Shown here: positions 1-13,136 of the stretch, one piece after another
Layout: each line of letters begins with the position of its first letter
How positions within the stretch are numbered: position 1 is the stretch's first letter
Origin: Eledone cirrhosa
Taxonomy: Eukaryota
Length of the DNA: 64,000 nucleotides
Direction: 5' to 3'
NCBI GenBank assembly: GCA_964016885.1
Contig: OZ024741.1
Span: 324,260,001-324,324,000, forward strand
Made by a program: the position numbers and the translations under genes
The notes under the pieces: model-generated
What the model saw: only the letters and a program-made list of their open reading frames with translations
Database searches by the model: none
Told to the model about the DNA's origin: nothing

Positions 1-98
1 GGAAGGTCAGTGATTTCTTATTACCTTATTACAAGTAAGAGAAATAGTTCAATGTATGAACATCAGTTGTGTTACAGAGCAGGAAAAAACATAAATTA

Positions 99-441
99 TT
101 CAATTATCAAAGTTGTGTTCAAATCATTTAAAAGCTGACAATCGTTTCTTCCAAACTTTCGTTTGGGATCATCGGAACATTATCAATGTTTGCATATATA
201 ATTAACCTCCTATTCAACTGAACAACAATTCTCGTAAAATATATCTCACATCCATTCGACCCTGTAAATACGAAACTGTTGCTCACAACATCAATTTATA
301 TGTATCTATAATATTGTTCAGTTGAATAGGAGGCTAATTATATGTGCAAACATTGATAATGCGCCGATCACTCTAAACGAGAGTTTGGAAGAAACGATTG
401 TCAGCTATTAAATGATTTGAACACAACTTTGATAATTGCAT
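99..441. mobile_element. Inverted pair of PLE pseudo-LTR-like fragments with hammerhead-like motif
   Basis: ~101-230 is the diverged reverse complement of ~311-439. Minus strand 134-178 reads gtt CCGATGA tc CCAAAC gaaa GTTTGG aa GAAA C gatt G TC agc. Flanks resemble the 18948-19732 family. Confidence 0.6.
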
Positions 442-449
442 AATTTATT

Positions 450-480
<31 letters not shown>

Positions 481-487
<7 letters not shown>

Positions 488-1259
488 TATGTATACGTAC
501 ATACATATATGTATACATACGTACAGTAGTATGTATATATATATATACATACATGCACACATATATATATGTACGTATGGATTCACCGAACATTTATTAT
601 AATGCTCGGTGTGTTTGTAAACAAACATCCCGAATTAAACCGTACAGTGTCTAGCAACCATCGTTGCTCATTTGTTCAACACTGACAAAGGAACTCTGTA
701 CTAGTTTCTAGCTTATTAGCTATTGTCAGCAACGTATACCTTCCTGCCAGATGGTTGAACGTCTGAAGTATATACTTTCCTTATGCATATTAACGGCTGA
801 GCAGCCTAATTTGCATAGCCAGTGAGTTAATCGGCCGGGGTACCGAAAACGATAAACGGAAAAAATGAAACGAAATTTCATTCCTCACTCTTAGTACGGC
901 TGTTACTTAAATATAAGTATGTATACGTTCAACCATCTGGCAAGAAGGTATACGTTGCTGACTATAGCTAATAAGCTTGAAACTAGTACAGCGTTCCTTT
1001 TCAGTGTTGAACAAATGAACAACGATGGTTGCTAGACACTGTACGGCTTAATTCGGGATGTTTGTTTACAAACACACCGAGCATTATAATAAATGTTCGG
1101 TGAATCCATACGTACATATATATATGTGTGCATGTATGTATATATATATACATACTACTGTACGTCTGTATACATATATTTATGTACGTATACATACTTA
1201 TATTTAAGTAACAGCCGTACTAAGAGTGAGAAATGAAATTTCGTTTCATTTTTTCCGTT

Positions 1260-1308
<49 letters not shown>

Positions 1309-1499
1309 TAGTACGGCTGTTACTTAAATATAAGTATGTATACGTACATACATATATGTATACAGACGTACAGTAGTATGTATATATATATATATACATA
1401 CATGCACACATATATATATATGTATGTATGGATTCACCGAACATTTATTATAATGCTCGGTGTGCTTGTAAACAAACATCCCGAATTAAGCCGTACAGT
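481..1499. mobile_element. Non-coding hammerhead-bearing ~430-nt repeat family (retrozyme-like), locus 1
   Basis: Minus unit 481-928 with a 430-nt direct-repeat period (atataagtatgtatacgt at 481 and 911), inverted plus copy ~925-1262, and a third fragment 1306-1499. Hammerheads at 693-735(-) and 952-994(+) have mutated cores (CTGACAA, CTGACTA). Same family as 29953-30755. Confidence 0.8.
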
Positions 1500-1505
1500 T
1501 ATATA

Positions 1506-1634
<129 letters not shown>

Positions 1635-2084
1635 ATAGGGAGAAAAAGACGATTATTAGGAGGACAAATATATTTTTTTCCTTTTATTTTTCTCTCTTTT
1701 TTCTGGGTTAGAAAATGTTTAAAAGAAAATATTTTACTTTGTGTGAAGTGTTAAGGTATTAGTTAATTTATCTATTAACAATGGCATTTATTTATTTATT
1801 TAAATATTTAATAATTGTCTATTAATCGTTTCAGCATTTTATGCATTATGAAAGAGGTGAATTTGTATTGGTATACAATGTTGGAGAGAAAATAATGCAA
1901 TGTTGAACATGTTAAGGAAATGGGAAAGAAAGAATAATATTATTTACAAACACGGTTTTTGAAGTAAAAAGAAAAAAGAAAAAAAGGGGGTGATGTGGAA
2001 CATCATAAGGTAATGGGAAAGAAAGAATAATATTATTTACAGGCATAGTTCTTGAGGATAAGCAGTTCAAAATGTGTTATGGAC

Positions 2085-3990
2085 CAACCAACCGCTCTTG
2101 CCATAATGACACATCGATACTTGGAAGCGCTTTTCAAGGTGGCCGATTTCGGTCCCGTTTTCAGAGGATGTATCGAGGCGATGCACACCAGCATCTGCTC
2201 GAGGGTCAAGGTGAACGGCTACCTATTGGAGCCGTTCGCAATCACGCGTTCCATTCAACAGGGATGTCCTCTCTCCTCCATTCTCTATGTACTGACTCTA
2301 GAGCCACTACTGTCGAAATTGTAGCAGTTGCAGGGCATCCCTCTAGAACCGGGACTGCGCAAAGTGGCGTCGGCTTATGCTGACCAGGGCATGGTAATGG
2401 TGTTGAGCACCTCAGAAATCGGGGTGATCGGCAATTTACTGAAAGAATACGAAACGCTGACGGGAGCAAAACTAATCCCGGACAAGACTGTCGGTTTGCA
2501 ACTCGGTACGTGGAGAGGCAAACCGATGACGTCCAACAGCGTCGTTGGACGCTGGACGGACGGACCGGAGAAATTGCTCGGGGTCTGGTTCGGTCCAGAC
2601 CTCCAGGTGGAGAATGAGGTCACGGCCAAGGTGTTTGCGTTCACCCAGAAGTGGACAGAGTCCAAACTGTCCTTGAAAGGTCGAGCCGAGGTGGCGAACA
2701 CTTTCATAGCGTTCGTCATCTACTACCGCTTGACTCTCGTGCCTTGTTCCCGTGAACACCTCGCCAAGATGGAACGCATGCTCTTCCAGTTTCTGTGGTA
2801 GAAGCAGGCTCCGCTGGTGAGGAGATCCGTCTGCTGTCAGCACCCTTCCAACGGAGGGCTAGGAATGCCGTGCTGTTGATGCGCAAACATGCGCTGAGGC
2901 TGCGGCATCTCGAGGTAATCCTCACCGCCACCCCTACCGGTGTGGGCACCGTTTGTGAGACAGGCTTTCCCGCAGCTCGTCTTGCTGACGGAGCTGCAGT
3001 CCTGGGTCAAGAAAAGACCGAAAACGATGGGCGCCTGGCACATTGAATGCGCTCAGGCTCTCACAGTTCTCTGGCAAGGGGGCACAGCAATCAGTGGAGA
3101 CTCCACTTCAACATTCTATAGAGGGATTGTACGTTACAAGGGCGACGACGTGTTCAGAGAGACCCTGGGCGTCGAAGACGATGAGCTCACCAATCTGTTT
3201 AGTAGGACTTTCCGCCAGGGCCCTATGGAAAACTCCATAGGTCCCTGGCCTGGCAGTGCTACCGAGGAGCTCTACCAGTTCGTGACAAGATCTACAAGCA
3301 CGGACGCCTCGGCACGGATCCTTCCAAGAGGACGTGTCCAAGATGCGCGCAGCACATTAAAACCGTCCTGCACGCAATTGTACACTGTTCGGGCGGCGTA
3401 ACCGACCTGTGGAACTACGCCGAACAACTGCTGTCGCGTATGGGACAAATCCAGTTGACTGCCGAGTCCATAGTAAGGATCAAACCGACAACTTATTTCA
3501 AAAACGAAAGTGAGGCGATTTTGCTCTGTATAGTGGCTATGGTGAAAGAGGTTATATGGTGGACGAGATTGAGAGGACTGAGGACAGATGCCTTTCTCTG
3601 CGGACAACAATTGATTCCCTTCTTTAAGTATCACTTTAGAAGGAGAATCAGAATGGAGAGAGAGGCACTGCACCCCAGTAAATTTACTGAAAGGTGGGTG
3701 AATGTGGCAAAAATGGCTCGAGTGGTTGGGCCTTCTCTGTATATAAACCTGTGGGTTAAAGAAGAGAGCAAAAGGAAGAAAGTGGCACTTGCACAACACG
3801 CTCCTGAAGTTGAGGGTTGTTCTATCGACAGGGTATTAAACAACCCATTTGTGGCGCCTCCCCCCTATTGGGGATTTCGACGATTGTTATAATTGTTTGT
3901 TTTATATTTTACACGATTGTATGTAAAATACCCGGCATGTGTCTTTGTATTGTCCCCTTTTCTTGTGCGCCCTTGTGGCTAATAAAGAAA
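2085..3990 (+). mobile_element. 5'-truncated L1/Tx1-clade LINE (decayed ORF2 RT to C-terminus)
   Basis: QGCPLS and AYAD RT motifs, LSLKGRAEVAN, several stops and frameshifts; ends AATAAAGAAA plus (TA)n; homologous to ~49650-51545. Confidence 0.9.
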
Positions 3991-4042
3991 TATATATATC
4001 TATCAATAATAATGATGACGATTATTATAATATGATTGGCAG

Positions 4043-4157
4043 GAAACATCACTGAATTGCACGACAACGTCATGATCAACTGGACAGGGAATCTATCAGA
4101 TGTTAAGGAAATGTTAAACTTGACAAAATCAATCAGTCCAAGTGAAGAATATTTCTA
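4043..4157 (+). CDS. SLC6/NSS transporter internal exon (extracellular loop 2)
   Basis: ggcAG|GA AAC ... TAT TTC TA|GTAAGT; translates NITELHDNVMINWTGNLSDVKEMLNLTKSISPSEEYF. SPSEEYF is the typical SLC6 EL2-end motif, and there are four N-x-S/T sequons. The 2-nt overhang TA joins the first T of the next exon to give Tyr. The acceptor is less certain than the donor. Confidence 0.85.
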
Positions 4158-4718
4158 GTAAGTATTTGTGTGAGTGAGAGAGTGGGAGAAGATCGCGTTA
4201 AAATGGCGTGTTTCCCAGGGCTATCCAACTATAGGATACCCAGGGCAAGCATATTATACTACGTCTCTATATATACTAGCAGTGTAGCCCGTCAATTTTC
4301 ACTATACAATGCCGTTCTTTCATTTTTTAAATTCTATACCAGACCATGTCTCCTCCGTGCTTCATCTCCCGTTACTTATTCCCCGTGGTCGATCCACATA
4401 TATCGTCAATCGTCCACAAAGTGGTTCTAGGGAAATGTATTCAATGGAGCTGTCTGTTCAAGTCGCATCAGTGGCTCGTTGCGTACTTTAGCGTGAAGGT
4501 TTTCACGTAAACATCAAGTGAACTCTGTGAGGACAACTCTCTGTCTATTACCGAAAATAATGCTTCCTGGTGCTGGCATGAATGGGCAGAATGATAAGGT
4601 CACGTTGAAGGAATGCATGAGATGATGAATAAAACCCAGACTACAGAAATTGTCACATTAACAGTGATGGATAGTATTACTATTTTCTATTGTTTGCTTT
4701 TCATTTACTGTTTTTGGA

Positions 4719-4749
<31 letters not shown>

Positions 4750-4798
4750 ATGTGTGTCTGTAAGAATTCTGATTTACCTATGTACGATCTGAAAATGA

Positions 4799-5970
<1,172 letters not shown>

Positions 5971-6009
5971 GAATATATATATGTATGTGTATATGTGTGT
6001 GTCTATATA

Positions 6010-6092
<83 letters not shown>

Positions 6093-6239
6093 AAAATTGA
6101 AAAAGTCATAGGAGTGAAGAGTGCTCTATGTAAGTACCAGAGCATAATTTACTGCGAAATAAAATTACAAAGAATCAGTCCGGAGCCTTGTAGTTATGCA
6201 ATAGATGTTTGGTGACGTGTGGACAACGTGTGAAAAATT

Positions 6240-7684
6240 CACTTTTCGTGTTTAGGCAATCACTATTGCGTAATCTCTTTAGGATAGATATTCGTTCCTC
6301 AATACATAAGCCACACGTCGGATTTCCCCTTGCTTAGACTTAGTGATGGCTTTCCATTGAATGGAGTAGCCTATACTTGAGTCCTTGAGGGACCATACGT
6401 GGCTCACGAGTCTCGTGGATGAACATCTATCCGGGTTTCTGAAGGTAGACTGGTGGTTCAGGAAACGCTCCTTGAATAGGCCCTCCGCCATGCCCACATA
6501 GGATTTGACCTCCTGTGGTTCGTTTGGTCGGTTGGAAGTGACCACAGCTTCATTGATTACAGCTGGTGTGTTGCATTGCTGTTGAAGGGGGAAAGCTTCA
6601 GGCTTACGGCAAGAGCACCCTGGTGGGGTGTTGCTCCTAGGGCTGCTGGTGATGTGGGCCTTCATGTTCTTAGCGCTGGAGTATCCTTGTTTAACTTTGT
6701 GTCGGTTAAAGATGGAGCGGTATTTATGACCTATGGGGAAGTGTCTATCTAAGAGGGCTAGACATTTTTTTTCTACATTGGTTTTAACGTTGAGTGAGAA
6801 GGGAGGAGAGAACGAGATAGATTGTCTATTGATGCGCTTACTTTTCTTAATGGTATTGTTGCTAGTGGGGGAGTAGGTGATAGGTTGTGAGAGGCCGCTG
6901 TTAGCCAACGCCGTGTTATAGTAGGGTGCCGCCCTGTCAAAGATAGCCTTATTAGAGGTGAGATTTGAGATTCTAGTACTGATATTCTTAACGAAGTTTC
7001 TAAAAACAGTGGGAGGGTGGCATGAGTCTTTGTGAATGTAATTAACTTTCTCGTTTAGCTTATGGAAGGGTCTGTGGGTGGGTGTGCGAAGGTCTAAATT
7101 AATGTCTAAGAAATCTACGCTAGAGAGGTTGGTAGCTACTGTGATCCTAAGGCCTAACTCATTGAAGGTAGAAGCTAAGTCTTTTTTAAACCGGTTGAGG
7201 TTGTGACCACTTTTATGGCTCGATAAATTCAGTCCATCGTCACGGTATATTCCCGTGTGGAAGTCCGGGAATCTAACACGTAATATGTCTAAGATAAAAA
7301 GGCCAACCAAGTCTCATACGTCAGCACTGTCAAACGATTCCATGGAGATGTCGAACAGGTCTGAAGATGTAGACTTCTTTGCCCAGGCTACTCCGTCGTT
7401 GAAGAGGAGGGTTTTCCGGCAGTGAGCGATGATTTCCCTGTCTAAACCATCGACGGTGGTATAAGTGGTAGCGAAGTCCAACGCGTTGTTTAACAGGGTC
7501 TCTGAGATCGACGGGTAAACATCGACAATGTCAAACTGTGTGAACTTTGATAACTATATATAGGAAAATGTACAAGACCCCGACGGCAGAATTTGAACAT
7601 TTTACTATTACCCACACTACTACCCAAAGTATTGAGTACTCTGGTGCGTTATGGTCCACCTGGTTCCTTACCACGCTTCCTTCG

Positions 7685-7688
<4 letters not shown>
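6240..7688 (-). mobile_element. Penelope-like element (Hydra-type), 5'-truncated, with folded-back pLTR fragment at 7555-7688
   Basis: 343-aa ORF 7310-6279 with IYRDDG RT core, DFLD, CSC linker and YVG GIY-YIG half-motif; further RT sequence ([10 protein letters not shown]) up to ~7545. Confidence 0.88.
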
Positions 7689-7734
<46 letters not shown>

Positions 7735-7741
7735 ATGTATG

Positions 7742-7865
<124 letters not shown>

Positions 7866-7894
7866 CAATAAAAATTGGTGAACCAACAAACCAA

Positions 7895-7943
<49 letters not shown>

Positions 7944-8089
7944 CAAATAACGAAACGAAATTAAATTTCGTTTCGTTTGTAACTCACTTTTGTATGACTG
8001 ACGCTCAAACAATATACATACTAGTATTTCAGTATACATATATGGATGTACATCTTTGACTTAATTATATATATATATATATATATGAA

Positions 8090-8405
8090 TAAAGTTAGTC
8101 CTTCATCAGTGATCTTCCAACCATCATTGGTATTTCATCGCTTTAAAGACCATATACCTCCGGTTGGTGCGAGCAACGGCTAAAAAAAGTCGTTGGGACA
8201 CGTAAATAAAGGGGTCACGAGAGTGTAAACAAACAAAATTGGTGAAGCAACGAAAAGTGAGGAAGAAGGAGTCAAGTCCCAAATTTCTATGAATTTAAAT
8301 TCGGTGAAATCGTGAACGAGAGAGAATAAAGACCATCAAACCTGGTTGAAATGTGAGCAAGGAAGGAATTTCGCACAGGTCTAACGGGAGGAAGAAGGGG
8401 TCTAG

Positions 8406-8410
<5 letters not shown>
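8090..8410 (-). mobile_element. Diverged fragment of the 621-nt non-coding family at 61797-62981
   Basis: Reverse complement aligns by eye with ~62625-62940 (shared ...cactgatga(a)ggac end; shared [18 protein letters not shown] pseudo-translation); flanked by (TA)n. Confidence 0.8.
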
Positions 8411-8487
<77 letters not shown>

Positions 8488-8496
8488 ATATATATG

Positions 8497-10540
8497 CAAC
8501 GAAAGAGTTGTGGTAAGGAACCAGATGGACCATAACGCACCAGAGTACTCAATACTTAGGGCAGTAGAGTGGCTAATAGGAAAATCTATGACTCCAACGG
8601 CAGAGCGCAAGCCGTTTCGACGGCTATTTCTGGACTAAATTAAAATGTTTAGCCTGGTAAATAAATAGCTGAACTTTTCAAGGGGTACTTCCTTATATGG
8701 CCAGATTGTAGTTGATCAAAATTTCTTGTAAACACAATTAAGTCTATCATGGCAGTGGGTGAGAGGTGGAGATGGCTGAACTTGCCTGTGAGCAATGGGA
8801 GAGTGGGTAGAGCTGGTCAAGCGTTGAAAGGGAAATCTATACAGCAAATTCTAAGGATTGTGTATGAAAGTAGGCCAGAGGAAGTAGGCGAAAAAGGGTT
8901 CTGGAGAAAATAGAGGAGGAACGTTATAGAATAGGTAAATCAATTGAGATTTGGAGACAATAAAAAATAAGAGAAAGATATATAAAAATATAAAATTGGA
9001 TAGTAAGAAGTGATAAAAAACAAAAACTGTGGAGTCTAAAACAGCTGCTATAATTAGTTGGTGTTGCTTTGTCGGCCAATGCTAGAGAATAGGTTAATAA
9101 GTTGAGAATAGAAGATACTAAATAAGAATTTTTAAATTTATAGAATTGGGTAGTAAAAAGTAATACAAAATCTCTGGGGTCTAACACAGCTGCTATGATT
9201 AGTTAGTATTGCGTATTCGGCCAATGCTATCTTTAATTTACTGGCGTGGGAGTACTGAAGCTACAGAGGCCCGATGGGCTGCCTCGGGGTAGGCGAAAGG
9301 GGATAAAAGAAAGAGAAAGGATATCGGGAGTGGAAGGAAGTGGTAGGAGGAGACAGAGGGAAGAAGAAAACAGAGAGGAAAAGAAAAGAGGTACATCTAC
9401 CTATGTAAGCTGGAGTTTCCCCTATCTTATTCGGCAAGTGGAATGTTTCAGCCATTGTCTACCCACCCGGGTCGTTAGGGGGTTTGAGGGCGAGGTAAGT
9501 CCTACACAATCGGTGTTTACATGCAGTTACCAGTTCGTCTTTTTTGTTTAGGAGTTGGTCCTTCGTAAACAGCATTTGTAATGTTTTCTCCGATCATAGG
9601 TTACACGGACGGCGTCCTCCCGTGCAGGAGTTATCTCTGGACAGTAAGCTCCAAGTAAGATTGTATGTTATGTTATTATCTTGGAGGTCCCAGATGTGGC
9701 GCGAAAGTGTAGTGGCATGTCGCTGGATCGGGTTTCGGAACGTATGTCGGTGTTGGTAGAGCTGGGTCTTGAAGTCACAAGCGGTTAATCCTATATAAGC
9801 TTTGTTGGAGGTGTGCGTCCTCACGTTGCACTGTTAGATCACTTTACGTTCTCGGCATATGGTGTTGAGGGGGCACGTAGATCTATCAGGGCAGTTACAC
9901 CTCCTGGTCGGCTTTCCACTAATGTCTAGGTTGTTTCTTCCATAGGGGTTGAGTTTTTTGTTGTTTGAGGAGACGATGTTTTGTGCGAAGTTGGGTGTGG
10001 TGCTGTAGGAGAGTTTGATAGTGTTTTTGTTGATTATGTTGTGGTAGTGGTGCTGTGGTGGGAAGTGTTTTGCGAGGAGCCTAAAGAAGATTTCCCGATA
10101 GGTGTTGTCACCTCAGCATTCTGGGAGGTTTGAACCACGTTACGTGGCGGGAGCGGCGGCGTAGCCTGCTAGTTCCTCTAAGGGAAGTTGGATAAAAGGA
10201 TATTTACTCCCGGAAGCCGCTTCGCTTGAGGGTCTTGTAGTAATGAGGCGCATGTTCGTCGAATATCTGCTCATTAGCGGACAAACGAGATATGCGGTGG
10301 GATATGTTTTTAACCAGGTTATTGGTGATGTTTCTAAGATGGTTAGAGCAGCGTGATAGACTTAATTGTGTTTACAAGAAATTTTGACCAATCCTCTTGA
10401 CAACTACAATTTTCGCATATAAGGAAGTACCCTTTGAAAAGTTCGGCTATTTATTTACCAGGCTAAAAATTCTAATTTAGTCCAGAAATAGCTGTCGAAA
10501 CGGCTTGAGCTCTGCCGTCGGGGTCATACATTTTCCTATA
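8497..10540 (-). mobile_element. Penelope-like element (Hydra-type) with 3' pLTR (8497-8760) and inverted pLTR piece at the 5' end (~10353-10540)
   Basis: Minus-strand CNCPDRSTCP linker (CxCx5C) and AYIG...FKTQLYQHRHTF GIY-YIG. ~8575-8748 recurs inverted at ~10353-10540. (TA)n on both sides. Confidence 0.88.
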
Positions 10541-10548
10541 ATATACTG

Positions 10549-10637
<89 letters not shown>

Positions 10638-10690
10638 ATATATTTAGAGAGAGAGATATTGGTACATCTATATATTTATCTCTATTGCAG

Positions 10691-10823
10691 TAATGGCGTA
10701 TTGAGAATGAGTACTGGTTTGCATAATTATGGTGCAATACAGTGGGATTTGACTCTATGTCTTTTATTGACTTGGATAGTAGTTTTCCTTGTTCTTATTC
10801 GCGGAATAAAATCCCTTGGAAAG
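10691..10823 (+). CDS. SLC6/NSS transporter exon (end of EL2, TM4)
   Basis: ttgcAG|T AAT GGC ... GGA AAG|GTAAGA; NGVLRMSTGLHNYGAIQWDLTLCLLLTWIVVFLVLIRGIKSLGK; 133 nt; phases match both neighbouring exons. Confidence 0.95.
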
Positions 10824-11404
10824 GTAAGAGAAATTCTATGCTACAAACACAATTATTTTGCTTTTTGGTTTTATTTTCCAATACCTTTTTCAGAGATGGA
10901 AAGAAAGTATCCTTCAGAATGACAGTGACTGGCGAGAAAGGAACAGAAGTTATTCTTAGACAGGGGAATTGTTCGGAGACGTGCAATACTGAGGTCGCCA
11001 CAAAAGGCATTTATAAACAAGGTGGTAACGTTAAACTTTGGATGTAAAATGGTCGAATACCTAGGAAATTCGCTTAGGAATCATAACTCTTCGGGTCCGA
11101 TCTCACTACGTGGCATCTTAAGCAAATGGCATTTATCATAGTATCGGTTCGACCACAGCCTTATATGGGAAATTCAGTCCATGGAAACTGTATTGAAGGC
11201 CAGGCGTCTCTCTCTCTCTCTCTCTCTCTCGTGAACCATATATCCCAGTGGGATCGGAGAGGCTCCGCAGTATCATACAATGTTTGTTGGGCATTTAGTT
11301 TTAAACTTGGCGGTGCCCACCCCCTCGCCAGGTCTGAACACAGCGTATTTCTCCAAGGGAGAATAACAGAGAGAAGTGAGAAAGAGATATAGAGGAACAT
11401 GTCC

Positions 11405-11550
11405 CCAGTATTAGACTGTTACTTTTTTATCGACCACGAAAGATGGAAGGTAAAGTTGACCTCGATGGAAATTTAATTCAGATTGCAGTGAGCCGGAATG
11501 AATATTACAAAGCATTCTATCAGACGTTCTAATGACTCTGCCAATTCGTC
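11405..11550 (-). mobile_element. tRNA-derived SINE, decayed
   Basis: Reverse complement matches the SINE at 32346-32532 (caactttaccttccatct...ggtcgataaaa core). Confidence 0.65.
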
Positions 11551-11960
11551 GACTGCTCTGTCGGATGTACTGTACCTGTAATTCAAGGAATCAGTTCCAC
11601 ACACAGTGTCCCGCTGAATAACACCGAGTCAAATTAAGAATAACGGTCTGTGTAATGCTCAACTTGCCCGTTAATTGCATGAGCAGGCTGTTTCCTTGAT
11701 CGAGAATCTAGAACTGTCACCTTCGAAATCGACAAATATCTATTGATATAACAGACAAGATCTCGTACTGTGTATCAAATTTCACTCAAAGGGATTCGGC
11801 GAATCTGACGCTGTATTAAATAGATGAAACTTGGTCAATGTGCTACGGAAAGGGATTGGACTGGAAATAATCACTTTGTCAAGAGACTTTTAAAACCAGA
11901 TATCTGTGATTGTTGTAATATTTGACAGCTTTGAGAAAAATTATAAATGTATATAAACGA

Positions 11961-12072
11961 ATGTATGTATGTATGTATGTATGTATGTATGTATGTATGT
12001 ATGTATGTATGTATGTATGTATGTATGTATGTATGTATGTATGTATGTATGTATGTATGTATTTATGTATGT
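11961..12072. repeat. (ATGT)n microsatellite
   Basis: Direct reading. Confidence 0.98.
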
Positions 12073-12297
12073 TCTTCTGGTTTTATAATTTCACAAAGTT
12101 TTACCAATAGAGAGAGAGTCGGTTTCTAACATAGACACAAGACTCTCTCATTGGAATTTACACAACATCAACTAGGTAGATATGTATGTATGCATGCATG
12201 TGTAGATATGGATGTTATTGTATGTGTTGATGTGTATGTTTTGAGTTGTACGTGTGCATGTGTATATGCTTTGTATCTGTACATGTGTATATGCAGT

Positions 12298-13075
12298 TAT
12301 TAGATGCAACATTTTTGGAATGTTTTACATATTTTTACTGTTCCATTAATGGATTGTACTTGTAATTTCCTAACTAGTTGTGTTCTTTCTGTTCCTGTGA
12401 AGCCTAGCTTCTCAAGATTTGTATTGAGGCAGTTACTAACATATTCCAGTGCCCCAATAATCACAGGCATAAATCTGAAGGTGTAATCAGGGTTGAGTAT
12501 CTGCAGATTTCTCATCAGTTCTGCATAAATATTCTTCTTTTCACTAATCTTTGATATTATATTGGCATCTGCTGGGCAGCTAGTTTCCACTACTGTGCAT
12601 GTTTTCTTCTCCCTGTCCCATATTATAATATCTGGTCTGTTATGCCTGCATTTTATTGGGGTTTTTACTGGAACATTCCACAAGTACTCTTTCATATTAT
12701 GTACATGGATATCTTCCACATTGTTGTAGCTTTTAATGTGTTTATTATCGGGGCTATCTTTTTTACGAACTGCATTGTACAGTGTTTTGGCCACTACATC
12801 ATGCCTCATAGGTAGATAGTACCGCGATGACATCTTTGGACAGCTGCTGGATGACATGGGTGATATCCTCGATGTTAGTTCTGCTGAGTCTGCACTTGTT
12901 ATCACATCTAGGTGTTTTGCCTGCATCCCTATCTCTTTTGTGAATCAGGTATTTCGTGCTAATCTCCTGTTCCTGGATTGCAAAAGCGTATCCTTCAAAG
13001 TGGGAGCCAATATAGCGGTTGTTGGTCCAAGATAGACTACTTTCCTTATCTATATTACTCTCACTCTGGAGCTTC
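12298..13075 (-). mobile_element. 3' fragment of R4/Dong-like RLE non-LTR retrotransposon
   Basis: FAIQEQEISTK, degenerate CCHC knuckle (CRLS...EDITH), RHD, and HNRPDIIIWDREKKTCTVVETSCP restriction-like endonuclease motif. Confidence 0.85.
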
Positions 13076-13136
13076 CTGGAGCTTCCTGTATATATGTATG
13101 TATGTATGTGTGTATGCATGTATGTATGTATGTATG

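Noticed and set aside
1905-2041. ~28-nt direct repeat tgggaaagaaagaataatattatttaca before the L1 copy
   Set aside because: Both copies lie on the same side of the LINE, so this is not a TSD; a local duplication.
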